Below are positions 1 to 9,122 of a stretch of 64,000 bases of DNA, in pieces. How positions within the stretch are numbered: the first letter of the stretch is position 1; each line of letters begins with the position of its first letter. The notes beneath the pieces were generated by a model. It made no database searches and was not told the origin of the DNA. It saw nothing but the letters and a program-made list of their open reading frames with translations. The position numbers and the translations under genes were made by a program. This DNA is from Rhodobacterales bacterium (GTDB taxonomy: Bacteria; Pseudomonadota; Alphaproteobacteria; Rhodobacterales; Rhodobacteraceae), in assembly GCA_009993005.1 (NCBI GenBank), contig JAACUH010000067.1:6848-70847 (forward strand). The letters are read 5' to 3'.

Positions 1-811
1 CGACGCGCAGGGCGTGGGGGGTGGTGAACACCTCTTCGGTCGGGATGTTGGCGTTGCAAACGATACCGTTTGAGGCAGGCGAGGACCCGCCCATCCAGGC
101 GTGACCATCGGCCAGGCCCACGGTCAGGTCGGTGCCCGGACCGGTAAAATGCAGCGCATGGAAGCGGTGGCCGTTGAGCCAGGCGGCGCGGTCATGCAGA
201 TGCGCGTTATGCGCGGCCCAGTTGGCGACGGGGTCGGGCTGATCGACGCGCGAGGCGGCAAAGATCGCGCGGGCGAGGGCGGCGATGGCCTCGCGTTCGC
301 TCAGGTCGGGAAAGACCTGTTTCGCCCAGGCGGGGTGCGGATAAGAACAGAGCGACCAGTTGATGTCGAAATTGCTGATGTAGGTCAGCGCCGGGCGATA
401 GGCCACCGCATTGGCCCTGGCCGCGCGGGCGACCTTGTCGGGGTCCTGGCCCGACAGCAGCATCGGGTTGTCGCCGACAACGGCCATGCGCGCGCAATTG
501 GCGGAAAATGCGGCGCCCATCCCGTCGTAAAGCCAGCCCGGCGCGCGGTCAAAGCTCAGGTCATGCGCATGGCCGTAGCGGGCGAGCGTGATCTCGTCAT
601 CGTTGAACAGCGGCGTGATCGTGGCGGCGCCGGCCTTGTAGGCATGCACCGCGATGCGCCGCACAAAGGGCAGCGCCGCGGTGGGCGCCGTGAGCAGCAG
701 GTCCTGCCCCGGTTGCAGGTTCAGCCCGACCTTGACCGCAACCTCGGCCATCCGGTCGAGCAGGACGGGGTCGATGGGGTCGGCGGCGGCGATGGGGGTC
801 TGGTCGGTCAT
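1..811 (-). CDS. M29-family aminopeptidase (AmpS/PepS-like), 3' end cut by window edge
   Basis: My own minus-strand translation from ATG at 811 gives MTDQTPIAAADPIDPVLLDRMAEVAVKVGLNLQPGQDLLL...NIPTEEVFTTP. It is absent from the ORF track because there is no stop inside the window. The + ORF 101..832 is its antisense shadow. Confidence 0.7.
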   Translation of the reverse strand, partial: MTDQTPIAAADPIDPVLLDRMAEVAVKVGLNLQPGQDLLLTAPTAALPFVRRIAVHAYKAGAATITPLFNDDEITLARYGHAHDLSFDRAPGWLYDGMGAAFSANCARMAVVGDNPMLLSGQDPDKVARAARANAVAYRPALTYISNFDINWSLCSYPHPAWAKQVFPDLSEREAIAALARAIFAASRVDQPDPVANWAAHNAHLHDRAAWLNGHRFHALHFTGPGTDLTVGLADGHAWMGGSSPASNGIVCNANIPTEEVFTTPHALRV

Positions 812-872
812 GATGCTCTCCTGCGGTTGTGAGGCGCAGGATAGACCCGGGGCGGGCAGCGTCAATCACCGT

Positions 873-1568
873 TCAGAGCGCGCGCAGCCAGCCCATCCGT
901 GCGGCCAGGTCCGGCGCACCAAAGGCGAGCGAGCCGAGCACGACCGTCTCGGCCCCGGCGGCGCGCAATTGCGGCACGGTGGTGTCGCGGATGCCGCCGT
1001 CGGCCGCGAGCACGATCCGCCGGCCGGTGGCGGCGATCAACGCACCGGCAGTGCGCAGCCGGTCGCAGGCGAGCGGGCTCAGCCCCTGCCCCTTGACCCC
1101 GATGGCGGTGCCCAAAAGCGTGAGCATGTCGAGCCGCCCGAGCCAGCGCGCGGCCTGTTCGACCGGCGTTTCCAGCCGCAGCACCATGCCGGCGGCGACA
1201 CCAAGCTGCGCCAGCCGGTCAAAGGCCGCCTCGGCCAGGGCGGCGTTCTCGACATGCAGGCTGATGAGGTCGGCGCCCGCCTCGACAAACTGGTCGATCT
1301 GCGCGAGCAGCACGGCGTCATCGACCATCAGGTGCACATGGATCGGGATCGTGGTCGCCTCGCGCAAGCGGGCGACCTGATCGGGAAAGAACAGGAGCGC
1401 GGGGGCGAAATGCCCGTCGGCCACATCGACATGCAGGATGTCGGCATGGGGCGTGATGCGGTCGAGGTCATCGGCCAGGCGCAAGAGGTCGGCCGACCAC
1501 ATCGAGAATTCGGCGATCAGGTGATCGGTCGGCAGGCGGGTCATCCAGCCGGCGGCGGGTCTGGGCAT
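873..1568 (-). CDS. ribulose-phosphate 3-epimerase family protein
   Basis: ORF track 873..1574 starts at TTG; the first ATG is at 1568. The HVDVADGHFAP and VHLMV motifs are typical of the Rpe/AlsE family. It lies directly downstream of the hydrolase gene stop. Confidence 0.8.
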   Translation of the reverse strand: MPRPAAGWMTRLPTDHLIAEFSMWSADLLRLADDLDRITPHADILHVDVADGHFAPALLFFPDQVARLREATTIPIHVHLMVDDAVLLAQIDQFVEAGADLISLHVENAALAEAAFDRLAQLGVAAGMVLRLETPVEQAARWLGRLDMLTLLGTAIGVKGQGLSPLACDRLRTAGALIAATGRRIVLAADGGIRDTTVPQLRAAGAETVVLGSLAFGAPDLAARMGWLRAL

Positions 1569-1570
1569 GG

Positions 1571-2353
1571 TCAAAGCTCCTCGAGGAAAGCGGTCATTGC
1601 AGCATGGAGAGCGGCAAAATGGCCTTGTTTGTCACTGGATTTTGGCGGCAGTTCGACCAGACGCGCGCCGATCAGCGCGGCCAGCCGCCCGGCATGGGCT
1701 GCCGGGTGGACATGGTCGCGCCCGGTGGCGCAGACGAGCGTCGGCACGGTGATGGCGGCAACCTGCGCGGGCGTCACGCCAGGGCCATCGGCTGAAATCG
1801 CCTGCAACAGCGCGGCGGTTTGCGCCAACGGCTCGCGCGCAAAAAAGCCCGTCAGCGAGCCGAGGTTGTCGGGTGCGGTGCGGGCGAGGTGTTGAGCCAT
1901 ATCAGTCTCTGCAAAGGCAGATGCGCCCTGACCGGCGGCAATCATCCGGCCGACCAGCGCATTTGGCGCCATGTTGTCGGGGGCAGCGTCGGTCACCCAG
2001 GCGGGGCGGATCAGGACCAGTGCGCGCACCAGATCCGGCCGCGTCACGGCGAGCCGCAACGCGATCGCCCCCCCCATGGAGATGCCGCCCAGCACGACCG
2101 GGCCCGGCAGCGTCTCGATCATCGCGGCGACGTCCTCGGCAAATGTCGTGATCGAAAGGTCGCCGCCGCACTCCGACCCACCATGCCCGCGACAGTCGAG
2201 CGTGATGCGCCGAAAGCGGGGGTCTTGCGGCATCGCTTCGGCCGTCTGGCGGGCGTCACCGCAGAGCCCGTGTTGCAGGACAACCGGCATCCCGCCGCCC
2301 CCCGCGTCATGCAGGGCGAGGCGCAGACCGTCGCGCAGGAGCCAGCCGGTCAT
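1571..2353 (-). CDS. alpha/beta-fold hydrolase
   Basis: ORF 1571..2353. It has the nucleophile elbow GISMGG and an alpha/beta hydrolase layout, and overlaps the upstream gene by 4 nt. Confidence 0.75.
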   Translation of the reverse strand: MTGWLLRDGLRLALHDAGGGGMPVVLQHGLCGDARQTAEAMPQDPRFRRITLDCRGHGGSECGGDLSITTFAEDVAAMIETLPGPVVLGGISMGGAIALRLAVTRPDLVRALVLIRPAWVTDAAPDNMAPNALVGRMIAAGQGASAFAETDMAQHLARTAPDNLGSLTGFFAREPLAQTAALLQAISADGPGVTPAQVAAITVPTLVCATGRDHVHPAAHAGRLAALIGARLVELPPKSSDKQGHFAALHAAMTAFLEEL

Positions 2354-3165
2354 GCCAGCGCCTCGGCGAGGACGCGTGCCACGCCGGGGGCCTCTGCGGC
2401 GCTCAGCCCATGTGTGACCAGGTCGCCATCGAACCCCGCCGCGCGCAGGCGGGCGATGAAGGCGGCGAAATCGACCACGCCCTGCCCGGCGGCGACAAAA
2501 CTGCCATCGGGCGCGCGGTCCTTGGCATGGGCCATGACGATGTGGCCTGCGAGCAGGTCAACCGCGCGGGCAATGATCTCGCCATGGTCGGGCGCGGTCT
2601 CGAACAGGTTGGCGGGGTCGAGCACGATGGCCAGCACAGGGCTCTGGAGCGTGTCTAACAGGGCCCGGGCGCGGGCGGCACTGTCCACGACATTGGCGAG
2701 TTCCGGCTCGATGCCGAGCCGGACGCCACGCGCCTCGGCCAGGGTGCAGGCCTTGGCCATCTCGCGCAGCAGATCGTCCCAGGCGGCAGGGCTCTGGTTG
2801 TCGGGGTGGGCGCGCCATTGATCGTCGGGATCGCGGGTGCCGGTGCACAGCGTGACCATCCCGGTGCCAAGGCCCGCGCAGGCGTCGATCAGCACGCCGA
2901 GCCTGCGCAGACCCGTTTCGCGCACCCTCCTGTCGGGGTGGATCATGTTGTAGGTGCCCGAGACGGCCGCGACATGCAGGCCGGTCGCCCGCGTGGCCTC
3001 GGTCACGGCCTGCGCCTGCGCGGTTGTGATCACATCGGGCATGGCAGGCAGTCCAGAGCAGGCCATGTTGTATTGCACGGCGTCGTAGCCCGCAGCGCGC
3101 GCGGCCTGCATCACGGTCAACGGGTCGCTGCCCGCAAAGGTCTTGGCAAAGATACCCAGCCGCAT
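2350..3165 (-). CDS. sugar phosphate isomerase/epimerase (xylose-isomerase-like TIM barrel)
   Basis: ORF 2350..3165. The MRLGIFAKTF N-terminus and overall pattern fit the AP-endonuclease-2/xylose-isomerase-like TIM barrel family. Confidence 0.75.
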   Translation of the reverse strand: MRLGIFAKTFAGSDPLTVMQAARAAGYDAVQYNMACSGLPAMPDVITTAQAQAVTEATRATGLHVAAVSGTYNMIHPDRRVRETGLRRLGVLIDACAGLGTGMVTLCTGTRDPDDQWRAHPDNQSPAAWDDLLREMAKACTLAEARGVRLGIEPELANVVDSAARARALLDTLQSPVLAIVLDPANLFETAPDHGEIIARAVDLLAGHIVMAHAKDRAPDGSFVAAGQGVVDFAAFIARLRAAGFDGDLVTHGLSAAEAPGVARVLAEALA

Positions 3166-4238
3166 CAGAGCGGCCCCGTGACATCGGCAAGCCGCACCGT
3201 CTCGCCTCTGTTGCGCGCCGATTGCGCGATGGCGACCATCGCGCGGACCGAGGCGATGCCATCCTCCAGATCGGCGCCGCCGGTGCGCTGACCGGTGAGC
3301 ACGGTGTCGGCAAAGCCTTCCACCTGGCGGCGGTAGAAATGCCCGTCTGCGCCCAGCACACGGCGCGTGGTGCCGTCGCTTTCGTGAAAGATGTCCACTT
3401 CGGAGGTCTTGTAATACCAGGGATTGTAGGTTTTGGCCAGTATAGAGCCGTTTTCACCGTAAATCTGAAAGCCCTCGTGCCAGTCCATCCGCACCGCGAC
3501 GGTGAGGTCGAGGTGGCCGAGCACGCCATTGGCAAAGGTCACATCGACAAACCAGGTGCGGATGCCCGCGCGGTTCAGGAGACGCGCGGAGACCGCTTCG
3601 ATCTCGCCTCCGAAAAAGCGCGCGGTATCGACAAGGTGGCTGCCATGGGCGAGCATGTAATACCGGTCGAGGTCGGCCTTGGGGTTTTCTGCGGGTTTGC
3701 GGGCCTGGGACGAGGTGACCATCAGCGGCTGCACCGCGTCGGTCATCGGGTAGCGGTGGGTGCTGTCGCAATACCAGGCCTTGAGCGCGACCATTGCGTC
3801 CATTTCAGTCTCTGCAAAGGCCTTGGCGGCCTGAAGCCCGGCGTCGTAACGCTTCATGTGACCGACCTGGAGCACCAGCCTGCCCGCGACGCCGCGCAGG
3901 CTTTCGGCCTCTTCCACGCTGGTGGCGAGGGGTTTCTCGCAGAGCACATGCTTGCCCGCCGCCAGCGCCATGCGCGCGGCGGGGACATGGAAGGCGTCCG
4001 AGGTGGCGATGATCACCGCCTCGAGGTCGGGATCGGCGAGCATCGCGGCATAGTCCGCATAGCTGCGCGCCGGGGCGTGGGTGGCGGCCATCCGGTCGCG
4101 CAGGTCGTCGGCCACGTCGCAGATCGCGTAGAGCGTCGCATTGCGCGCCTTGGTGCAGCTTTCGAAATGGGCGGCCTGGGCGATGGGGCCGCAGCCGAGC
4201 ACGCCGATACGCAAGAGGCGGTCCTGTTTGGGGGGCAT
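3165..4238 (-). CDS. Gfo/Idh/MocA family oxidoreductase
   Basis: ORF track 3165..4475, trimmed to ATG at 4238 (MPPKQDRLLRIGVLGCGPIAQAAH Rossmann start, CEKPLA motif). The upstream 79 codons are low-complexity read-through. Confidence 0.85.
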   Translation of the reverse strand: MPPKQDRLLRIGVLGCGPIAQAAHFESCTKARNATLYAICDVADDLRDRMAATHAPARSYADYAAMLADPDLEAVIIATSDAFHVPAARMALAAGKHVLCEKPLATSVEEAESLRGVAGRLVLQVGHMKRYDAGLQAAKAFAETEMDAMVALKAWYCDSTHRYPMTDAVQPLMVTSSQARKPAENPKADLDRYYMLAHGSHLVDTARFFGGEIEAVSARLLNRAGIRTWFVDVTFANGVLGHLDLTVAVRMDWHEGFQIYGENGSILAKTYNPWYYKTSEVDIFHESDGTTRRVLGADGHFYRRQVEGFADTVLTGQRTGGADLEDGIASVRAMVAIAQSARNRGETVRLADVTGPL

Positions 4239-4265
4239 GGCGCCGGTCCTTTCGGTGAGGGGGGA

Positions 4266-4326
4266 GGGGGCGCTGCCCCCGCGCGCGTGCCGCGCGCCCC
4301 CCGGGATATTTGGGGCAAGATGAAGC
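4266..4326 (+). repeat. short structured repeat, copy 1 (GGGGGC-GCT-GCCCCC hairpin, GCGCGCG-TGC-CGCGCGC hairpin, CCCCCGGGATATTTGGGGCAAGATGAAGC box)
   Basis: Read directly from the sequence. It lies in the 95-nt spacer between the PfkB stop (4334) and the oxidoreductase start (4238). Related copies are at 21506, 41961, 59021(-) and 60382. Confidence 0.8.
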
Positions 4327-4333
4327 GGGGGGG

Positions 4334-5257
4334 TCAGCCCGGCGGCGGGGTCGGAGGGCTGTTGCCCTCCATCGGGCCGCGCACGGTCACGGCGCGGGCG
4401 CCGGCGGCATTGGCCTCGGACAGAGCGCGTGCAAAGGGCGTGCCGAGGGCGGTGAGGGCGATGTAGGTGGCGCAAAAGCAGTCGCCCGCGCCGGTGGGGT
4501 CGATCACGGTGGCGGGATCGGCCGGCAGGGAAATGACCGCGCGGCGGTCAGTGCCGATGCAGCCCGCGTCGCCACGCTTGAGCACGACGCTGTGCGCGTG
4601 GGGAAGGGCGGCGGCGAGGGCGGCGAAATCGGCGCCGGGCCAGAGTGCTGCGGCGTCTGCATCGGAGGGCAGGACGTGGTGCGACAGGGCGATGAGCGCG
4701 CGCAGGGTCTCGATGTAGCCTGCGTCGCGCAGGAGTTCGGGCCTGATGTTCGGGTCGATGGACAGAATGACGCCCTGCGGCACAAGTGAGTCGCAAACCG
4801 TGCGGGCGGTGGCGCGCAGGGCGGGGTCGCCCAGGGTCGAGCCGGAGATATGCAGATGGGTGACGCCGGCGGCGGCGAAACCGGCGACGATGGTCGCGGC
4901 GTCGGGCAGCATCGCGGCGGCGCTGTGGCCGATGTTGAACACGAAAGCGCGGCTGCCGTCGGAGGCATAGGCGACATGGGCGGTGCCTGTCGGCCTGTCT
5001 GTCACCGCGATCAGCCGGTCATCGACGCCATGCGCGCGCAGCCGGTCGAGGATCACGCGGCCGAAGGGATCGTCACCGACGGCCCCGGCAAAGACCGCCT
5101 GCCCGATGATCTGAGCGGCCTGGTCGATGAAGATGCCGGGCGCGCCGCTGGGAAAGGGGCCGATGTAGGGGGCGGGCCGCGCATGTTGCGTATCGGTGTC
5201 GGTGCAGACGAACTCTACCAGCAGCTCACCCAGCGCTGCGATGATCGGGCGGGACAT
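4334..5257 (-). CDS. PfkB-family carbohydrate kinase
   Basis: ORF 4334..5257 with the C-terminal DPTGAGDCF signature of ribokinase/PfkB kinases. Confidence 0.85.
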   Translation of the reverse strand: MSRPIIAALGELLVEFVCTDTDTQHARPAPYIGPFPSGAPGIFIDQAAQIIGQAVFAGAVGDDPFGRVILDRLRAHGVDDRLIAVTDRPTGTAHVAYASDGSRAFVFNIGHSAAAMLPDAATIVAGFAAAGVTHLHISGSTLGDPALRATARTVCDSLVPQGVILSIDPNIRPELLRDAGYIETLRALIALSHHVLPSDADAAALWPGADFAALAAALPHAHSVVLKRGDAGCIGTDRRAVISLPADPATVIDPTGAGDCFCATYIALTALGTPFARALSEANAAGARAVTVRGPMEGNSPPTPPPG

Positions 5258-5260
5258 GGG

Positions 5261-6019
5261 CTAGCCGCCGACCATCAGCTTGACCACCTCGTCATGGGTC
5301 GTCTCGCTGATCCGCCGTTCGCCGGCGCGCACACCGCGGCGCAGCACCACAATGCGGTCGGACACGGCAAAGATGTCCTGCAGGTTATGGCTGATGAAGA
5401 TCACGCCGCGCCCCTGCGCCTTGAGCTGGTGGATGAGCGAGATCACCTTGCGCTGTTCGGGCACGCCCAGCGCCGCGGTGGGTTCGTCCATGATGAGGAT
5501 CTGCGCGTTCCAGTAGACGGCGCGGCCGATCGCCACCGCCTGCCGCTGGCCGCCGGAAAAGTTCGACACCGGCGCTTCCATCCGGTTCACATGGAAGTCG
5601 AGCAGCGCCATCGTGGTCTTGGCGGCTTCGGCCATCCTGGCGCGGTCGATCACCGGCAGAAAGCCGAAGGCGCGGCGCATCGGTTCGCGGCCCAGAAAGA
5701 TATTTGCCCCGATCGACAGGTTGTCGGCCAGCGCGAGGTCCTGGTAGATCGTCTCTATCCCCTTTTCGCGGGCCTCTTGCGGGCTCGCGAATTCGACCTT
5801 TTCGCCGCGCAGCAGGATGTCGCCGCCAGAGGGTTTGTACACGCCCGAGATCGCCTTGATCAGCGTGGTCTTGCCCGCGCCATTGTCGCCGGCCAGCGCC
5901 ACGACCTCGCCGGGGGCGATGGTCATCGACATGTCCTGGAGGGCCTGCACGGCGCCGAAGTTCTTGGACAGGTTGCGGATTTCGAGGAGAGGTTCACTCA
6001 CTTTGCCGGCCTCCGCCAT
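5261..6019 (-). CDS. sugar ABC transporter ATP-binding protein (single-domain, FrcA-like)
   Basis: ORF 5261..6019 with Walker A GDNGAGKTT, signature FSGGQRQ and Walker B ILIMDEPT. An alternative GTG start is at 6001. Confidence 0.9.
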   Translation of the reverse strand: MAEAGKVSEPLLEIRNLSKNFGAVQALQDMSMTIAPGEVVALAGDNGAGKTTLIKAISGVYKPSGGDILLRGEKVEFASPQEAREKGIETIYQDLALADNLSIGANIFLGREPMRRAFGFLPVIDRARMAEAAKTTMALLDFHVNRMEAPVSNFSGGQRQAVAIGRAVYWNAQILIMDEPTAALGVPEQRKVISLIHQLKAQGRGVIFISHNLQDIFAVSDRIVVLRRGVRAGERRISETTHDEVVKLMVGG

Positions 6020-7040
6020 AGTTGCGCTGGGCCTGGTCGATCAGCACCGAGATGATGATGACGACGCCCACGGAAATGAACTGCCAGAAGGGTTTGACGT
6101 TCATGAACACCAGCCCGTACTGGATGACCGCGATCACGAAGGCGCCCGCAAGCGTGCCCAGGATGGTCCCCGAGCCGCCGAAAAGGCTCGCCCCGCCGAT
6201 CACCACGGCCGCGACAGAATCGAGCAGCAGCGGCTCGCCCGCCTGCGCGGCCCCGGCGCTGAACCGCGCGGCATAGAGGAAACCCGCAAGCCCGGCGCAG
6301 ATGGCCGAAAGGATGTAGAGCTTCATCAGGTGGTTCTTCACGTCGATGCCGGCGCGGCGCGCGGCCTGTTCATTGGCGCCGATGGCATAGTTGTGCTGGC
6401 CAAAGCGGGTCTGGCTGAGCAGGTAGTGCATGATCAGCACGAACACCGCGGCGATGATGACGATATAGGGGATGTTCAGGATCTTGCCGTTGCCGATGGT
6501 GGACAGGAAACTGTTGCGCACCGGCACGGTGGTGCCGTTGGCAAGCAGGAAGGCCACGCCGCGCGCCACGCCGAACATGCCCAGCGTGCCGATGAAGGGC
6601 GGGATGCGCAGCCGCGACACCAGAAGGCCGTTGACCAGACCGGGGATGGCCGCGACGCCCACGGCGACCAGCATCCCGGTGAGCACCGCCATCGGCAGCG
6701 ACATGACGCCGCCGGCCCAGTTGATCACATGCGCCGCGACGACGGCCGCCAGCCCCATGATGAAACCCAGCGACAGGTCGATCCCGCCCGAGATGATGAC
6801 AAAGGTCTGCCCGGTCGCCAGCAAGAGCGGGACCACGGCAAAGATCGCGATGGATTGCAGGTTGAACGGGTTGAGGATGAACGAGCCGCCGAAATCGGCC
6901 CGGGCCCAGACCTCGAACCCGATGATGAGGGCGGCAAGGAACAGCCAGGCGCGCAGGTTGGCAATGCGCTGGAGCAGCGTCAGCTGCACATCGGCGTGGT
7001 CGGCCTGCGGCGCGACATGGGTCTCGGGGGCATGGGTCAT
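5994..7040 (-). CDS. sugar ABC transporter permease (CUT2 type)
   Basis: ORF 5994..7040. It is multi-TM, with the GQTFVIISGGIDLSLG motif typical of RbsC/FrcC-like permeases. Confidence 0.9.
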   Translation of the reverse strand: MTHAPETHVAPQADHADVQLTLLQRIANLRAWLFLAALIIGFEVWARADFGGSFILNPFNLQSIAIFAVVPLLLATGQTFVIISGGIDLSLGFIMGLAAVVAAHVINWAGGVMSLPMAVLTGMLVAVGVAAIPGLVNGLLVSRLRIPPFIGTLGMFGVARGVAFLLANGTTVPVRNSFLSTIGNGKILNIPYIVIIAAVFVLIMHYLLSQTRFGQHNYAIGANEQAARRAGIDVKNHLMKLYILSAICAGLAGFLYAARFSAGAAQAGEPLLLDSVAAVVIGGASLFGGSGTILGTLAGAFVIAVIQYGLVFMNVKPFWQFISVGVVIIISVLIDQAQRNYGGGRQSE

Positions 7041-7061
7041 GGATCATCCTGTGCGGCAAGG

Positions 7062-7090
7062 TGCGGCCGGACCGCAGGGGCCCGGCCGCA
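7062..7090 (-). promoter_or_regulatory. intercistronic stem-loop between SBP gene and permease gene
   Basis: TGCGGCCGG ... CCGGCCGCA forms a 9-bp stem in the 75-nt spacer. Its position matches the mRNA-stabilising hairpins often found after binding-protein genes. Confidence 0.45.
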
Positions 7091-7115
7091 GATACTCCGA
7101 CGGTCTAGGGAGAAA

Positions 7116-8102
7116 TCAGTCGGAGTAGATGTATTTGGCCACGTCCGGGTCGCTTACGTTGGACGCGTCGATGATGGTAAAGCCGGTGCCGATCGAGACC
7201 GGGATCGAGTTGCCGGTCAGGTGGGCATAGGCCGACACCACACCGTAATAGCCGATTTCGGCCGGGTGCTGTGCGATGGCCACGTCAACGAGGCCCGAGT
7301 TGATGTTGTCCACGATGCTGGTCGGTGCATCGAAGGCCACAACCTTGATCACGCCCGACTGCCCCGCCTGCTGCACGCCATTGGCGGCGCCCAGAGCCGA
7401 GAACAGGTTGGCGCCGAACACGCCCTTGAGGTCCGGGTTGCGGGCAAAGACGGCCTGCAACTGGCTCGCGGCATTGTTCGCGTCGTTTTCGTTGAACTGC
7501 GTTTCCAGCACTTCGACACCGGGGAAGTTCTCGGCCATTTCGGCCTTGAATCCCGCTTCGCGCTGGTCGGTGGTCGAGATGCCGGGGTTCACGTTCGACA
7601 CATAGACCTTGCCTTCACCGCCGATGGCATTGGCCAGCGCGCGCGCGGCAATGCGACCGCCGAGCACGTTGTCGGACGCGATATAGGCCAGCGGGAAATC
7701 GGCATCACCCGCGCCGGTCTGATAGACGCCGCTGCCGATGAACGTGTCCACCGTGATGACCGGAATGCCCGCTTCATATGCCTTGCGCAGCGGTTCGATC
7801 AGCTGGACGGTGTCGGTCGGCGCGATCAGGATCGCGTCGGGCCCCCGCGCGATGACGGCGTCGAGCACCGGCACCTGCGTCACCGGGTTGAAGTCGGGCG
7901 CGCCCTGAAACACAAGCTCGACCCCCAGTGCATCGGCCGCGGCCTGCGCGCCTTTCTGCATGGTGATGTAGAAGGCGTCGGTGGTCAGGCCGGGCACCAG
8001 CGCGATGGTGAACGAATGGCTCTCTGCCACAGCCGTGACCGGGCTGAAGGCGGTGGTCAGGGCGGCAAGTGCGGCTGCCCCGAGGATTGAACGGCGTTTC
8101 AT
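7116..8102 (-). CDS. sugar ABC transporter periplasmic substrate-binding protein
   Basis: ORF track 7116..8405, trimmed to ATG 8102 (signal peptide MKRRSILGAAALAALTTAFSPVTAVA). A GGAGGAG Shine-Dalgarno lies 5-6 nt upstream. The protein is RbsB/FrcB-like. Confidence 0.88.
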   Translation of the reverse strand: MKRRSILGAAALAALTTAFSPVTAVAESHSFTIALVPGLTTDAFYITMQKGAQAAADALGVELVFQGAPDFNPVTQVPVLDAVIARGPDAILIAPTDTVQLIEPLRKAYEAGIPVITVDTFIGSGVYQTGAGDADFPLAYIASDNVLGGRIAARALANAIGGEGKVYVSNVNPGISTTDQREAGFKAEMAENFPGVEVLETQFNENDANNAASQLQAVFARNPDLKGVFGANLFSALGAANGVQQAGQSGVIKVVAFDAPTSIVDNINSGLVDVAIAQHPAEIGYYGVVSAYAHLTGNSIPVSIGTGFTIIDASNVSDPDVAKYIYSD

Positions 8103-8283
8103 ATGATCTCCTCCCATGAGATGGCCGGGTTCTGCCCTCTGAGGGCCAGTCCCCGGTTCCGAATGAACGGTGTGGCGATAACATTGCCCTTTGACAGACC
8201 CGTCAAGTGCAATTCGTTTCTGCAAGAGATTTCTACCGCAGATTCTTCGCGGCCCCGGCCAGCGCCCTTGCAGCGGTGCTGGC

Positions 8284-9006
8284 TCATGGCGCTGCCTCCG
8301 GGGTGGTGGCCGTGAAAAAGCCAAGCCCCTGATGCAGATGGTCTGCCATGAAATACTGATAGGCGAGCCTGTCGCCCTCGCGCAGCGCGCGGATGATGGC
8401 GGCATGGCTGGCGTGCGCCATGTCGCGGCCGCGCGTTTCCTTGCCTGTCTCCATCAGCCGCAGGATCACCGGCTCCATGATCCGATAGACGTCGCGCAGC
8501 GTTGCATTGCCCGCGATGGCGACCAGCGCGTGGTGAAAGGCATAATCGGCGGCGGCGCAGGCGGCGACATCGGGCGCGGCCAGCATCGCGGCATTTTGCG
8601 CCTCGAGCCGGGCGAGGTCGGCCATGGTCAGGTGCGGCGCGAGCGCATCAAAGAGATTGACCTCGACCAGTTGGCGAAAACCCTGGATGTCGGCGAATGT
8701 CTCGGGCGAAATCGAGAGCTGGAACGAGAACACATCGAGCGCCGCCGACAGGTGCCGGTTGATGAGCACCGCGCCGACCTTTGGCCGCACCTCGATCACG
8801 CCATAGGCGCGCAGCACGCCGATCGCCTCGCGCACCGTGTTGCGCGCCATGCCGAACCTTTCCGACAATTCCCGTTCGGTCGGCAGGCTGTCGCCCGTCA
8901 CCAGACCCTCGGCCGCGATCATCGCGCGCAGCTCGGCCACAAGCGTGTGAACTGCGCCGGAGCGGGCGATGTCGGGGTCGGGCGGCAAAGGTCGGGCAGC
9001 CAGCAT
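8284..9006 (-). CDS. GntR-family (FadR/FCD subfamily) transcriptional regulator
   Basis: ORF 8284..9006 with the winged HTH LPTERELSERFGMARNTVREAI and a C-terminal FCD-like helical domain. It is divergent from uxuA. Confidence 0.85.
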   Translation of the reverse strand: MLAARPLPPDPDIARSGAVHTLVAELRAMIAAEGLVTGDSLPTERELSERFGMARNTVREAIGVLRAYGVIEVRPKVGAVLINRHLSAALDVFSFQLSISPETFADIQGFRQLVEVNLFDALAPHLTMADLARLEAQNAAMLAAPDVAACAAADYAFHHALVAIAGNATLRDVYRIMEPVILRLMETGKETRGRDMAHASHAAIIRALREGDRLAYQYFMADHLHQGLGFFTATTPEAAP

Positions 9007-9020
9007 CGCATCCCCATTCG

Positions 9021-9030
9021 TTGGACCAGA
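9021..9030. promoter_or_regulatory. candidate GntR-type operator half (TTGGACCAGA)
   Basis: It is the exact reverse complement of 9123..9132 and contains the TGG-N-CCA core typical of GntR/FadR operators. It lies in the GntR/uxuA divergent spacer. Confidence 0.3.
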
Positions 9031-9122
9031 ATATGGTTAGGGCGGCATGAGATTCGGTTCAATCCCCAATTTCACGATTTACACAGCCGAGAACTCGGTA
9101 TTTTCTCGCTCCGCAGGCGCAA

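Noticed and set aside
3222-4466. 414-aa plus-strand ORF and other ORFs translating the repeat box (PRDIWGKMKRGG, GIFLAR)
   Set aside because: They are antisense shadows of the oxidoreductase gene. The repeat box is translated only by accident here, unlike in bchB.
5695-5715. GATATTTGCCCC inside the ABC ATPase gene as another repeat-family copy
   Set aside because: Only a short partial match to the 3' box is present, with no flanking hairpins, and it lies within a conserved coding region. It is probably coincidental. The same applies to GACAAGATGAAGG at 43361-43375 in bchY.
5817-8090. 757-aa plus-strand ORF
   Set aside because: It is an antisense shadow of the permease and SBP genes, with an RGD/H-rich junk composition.
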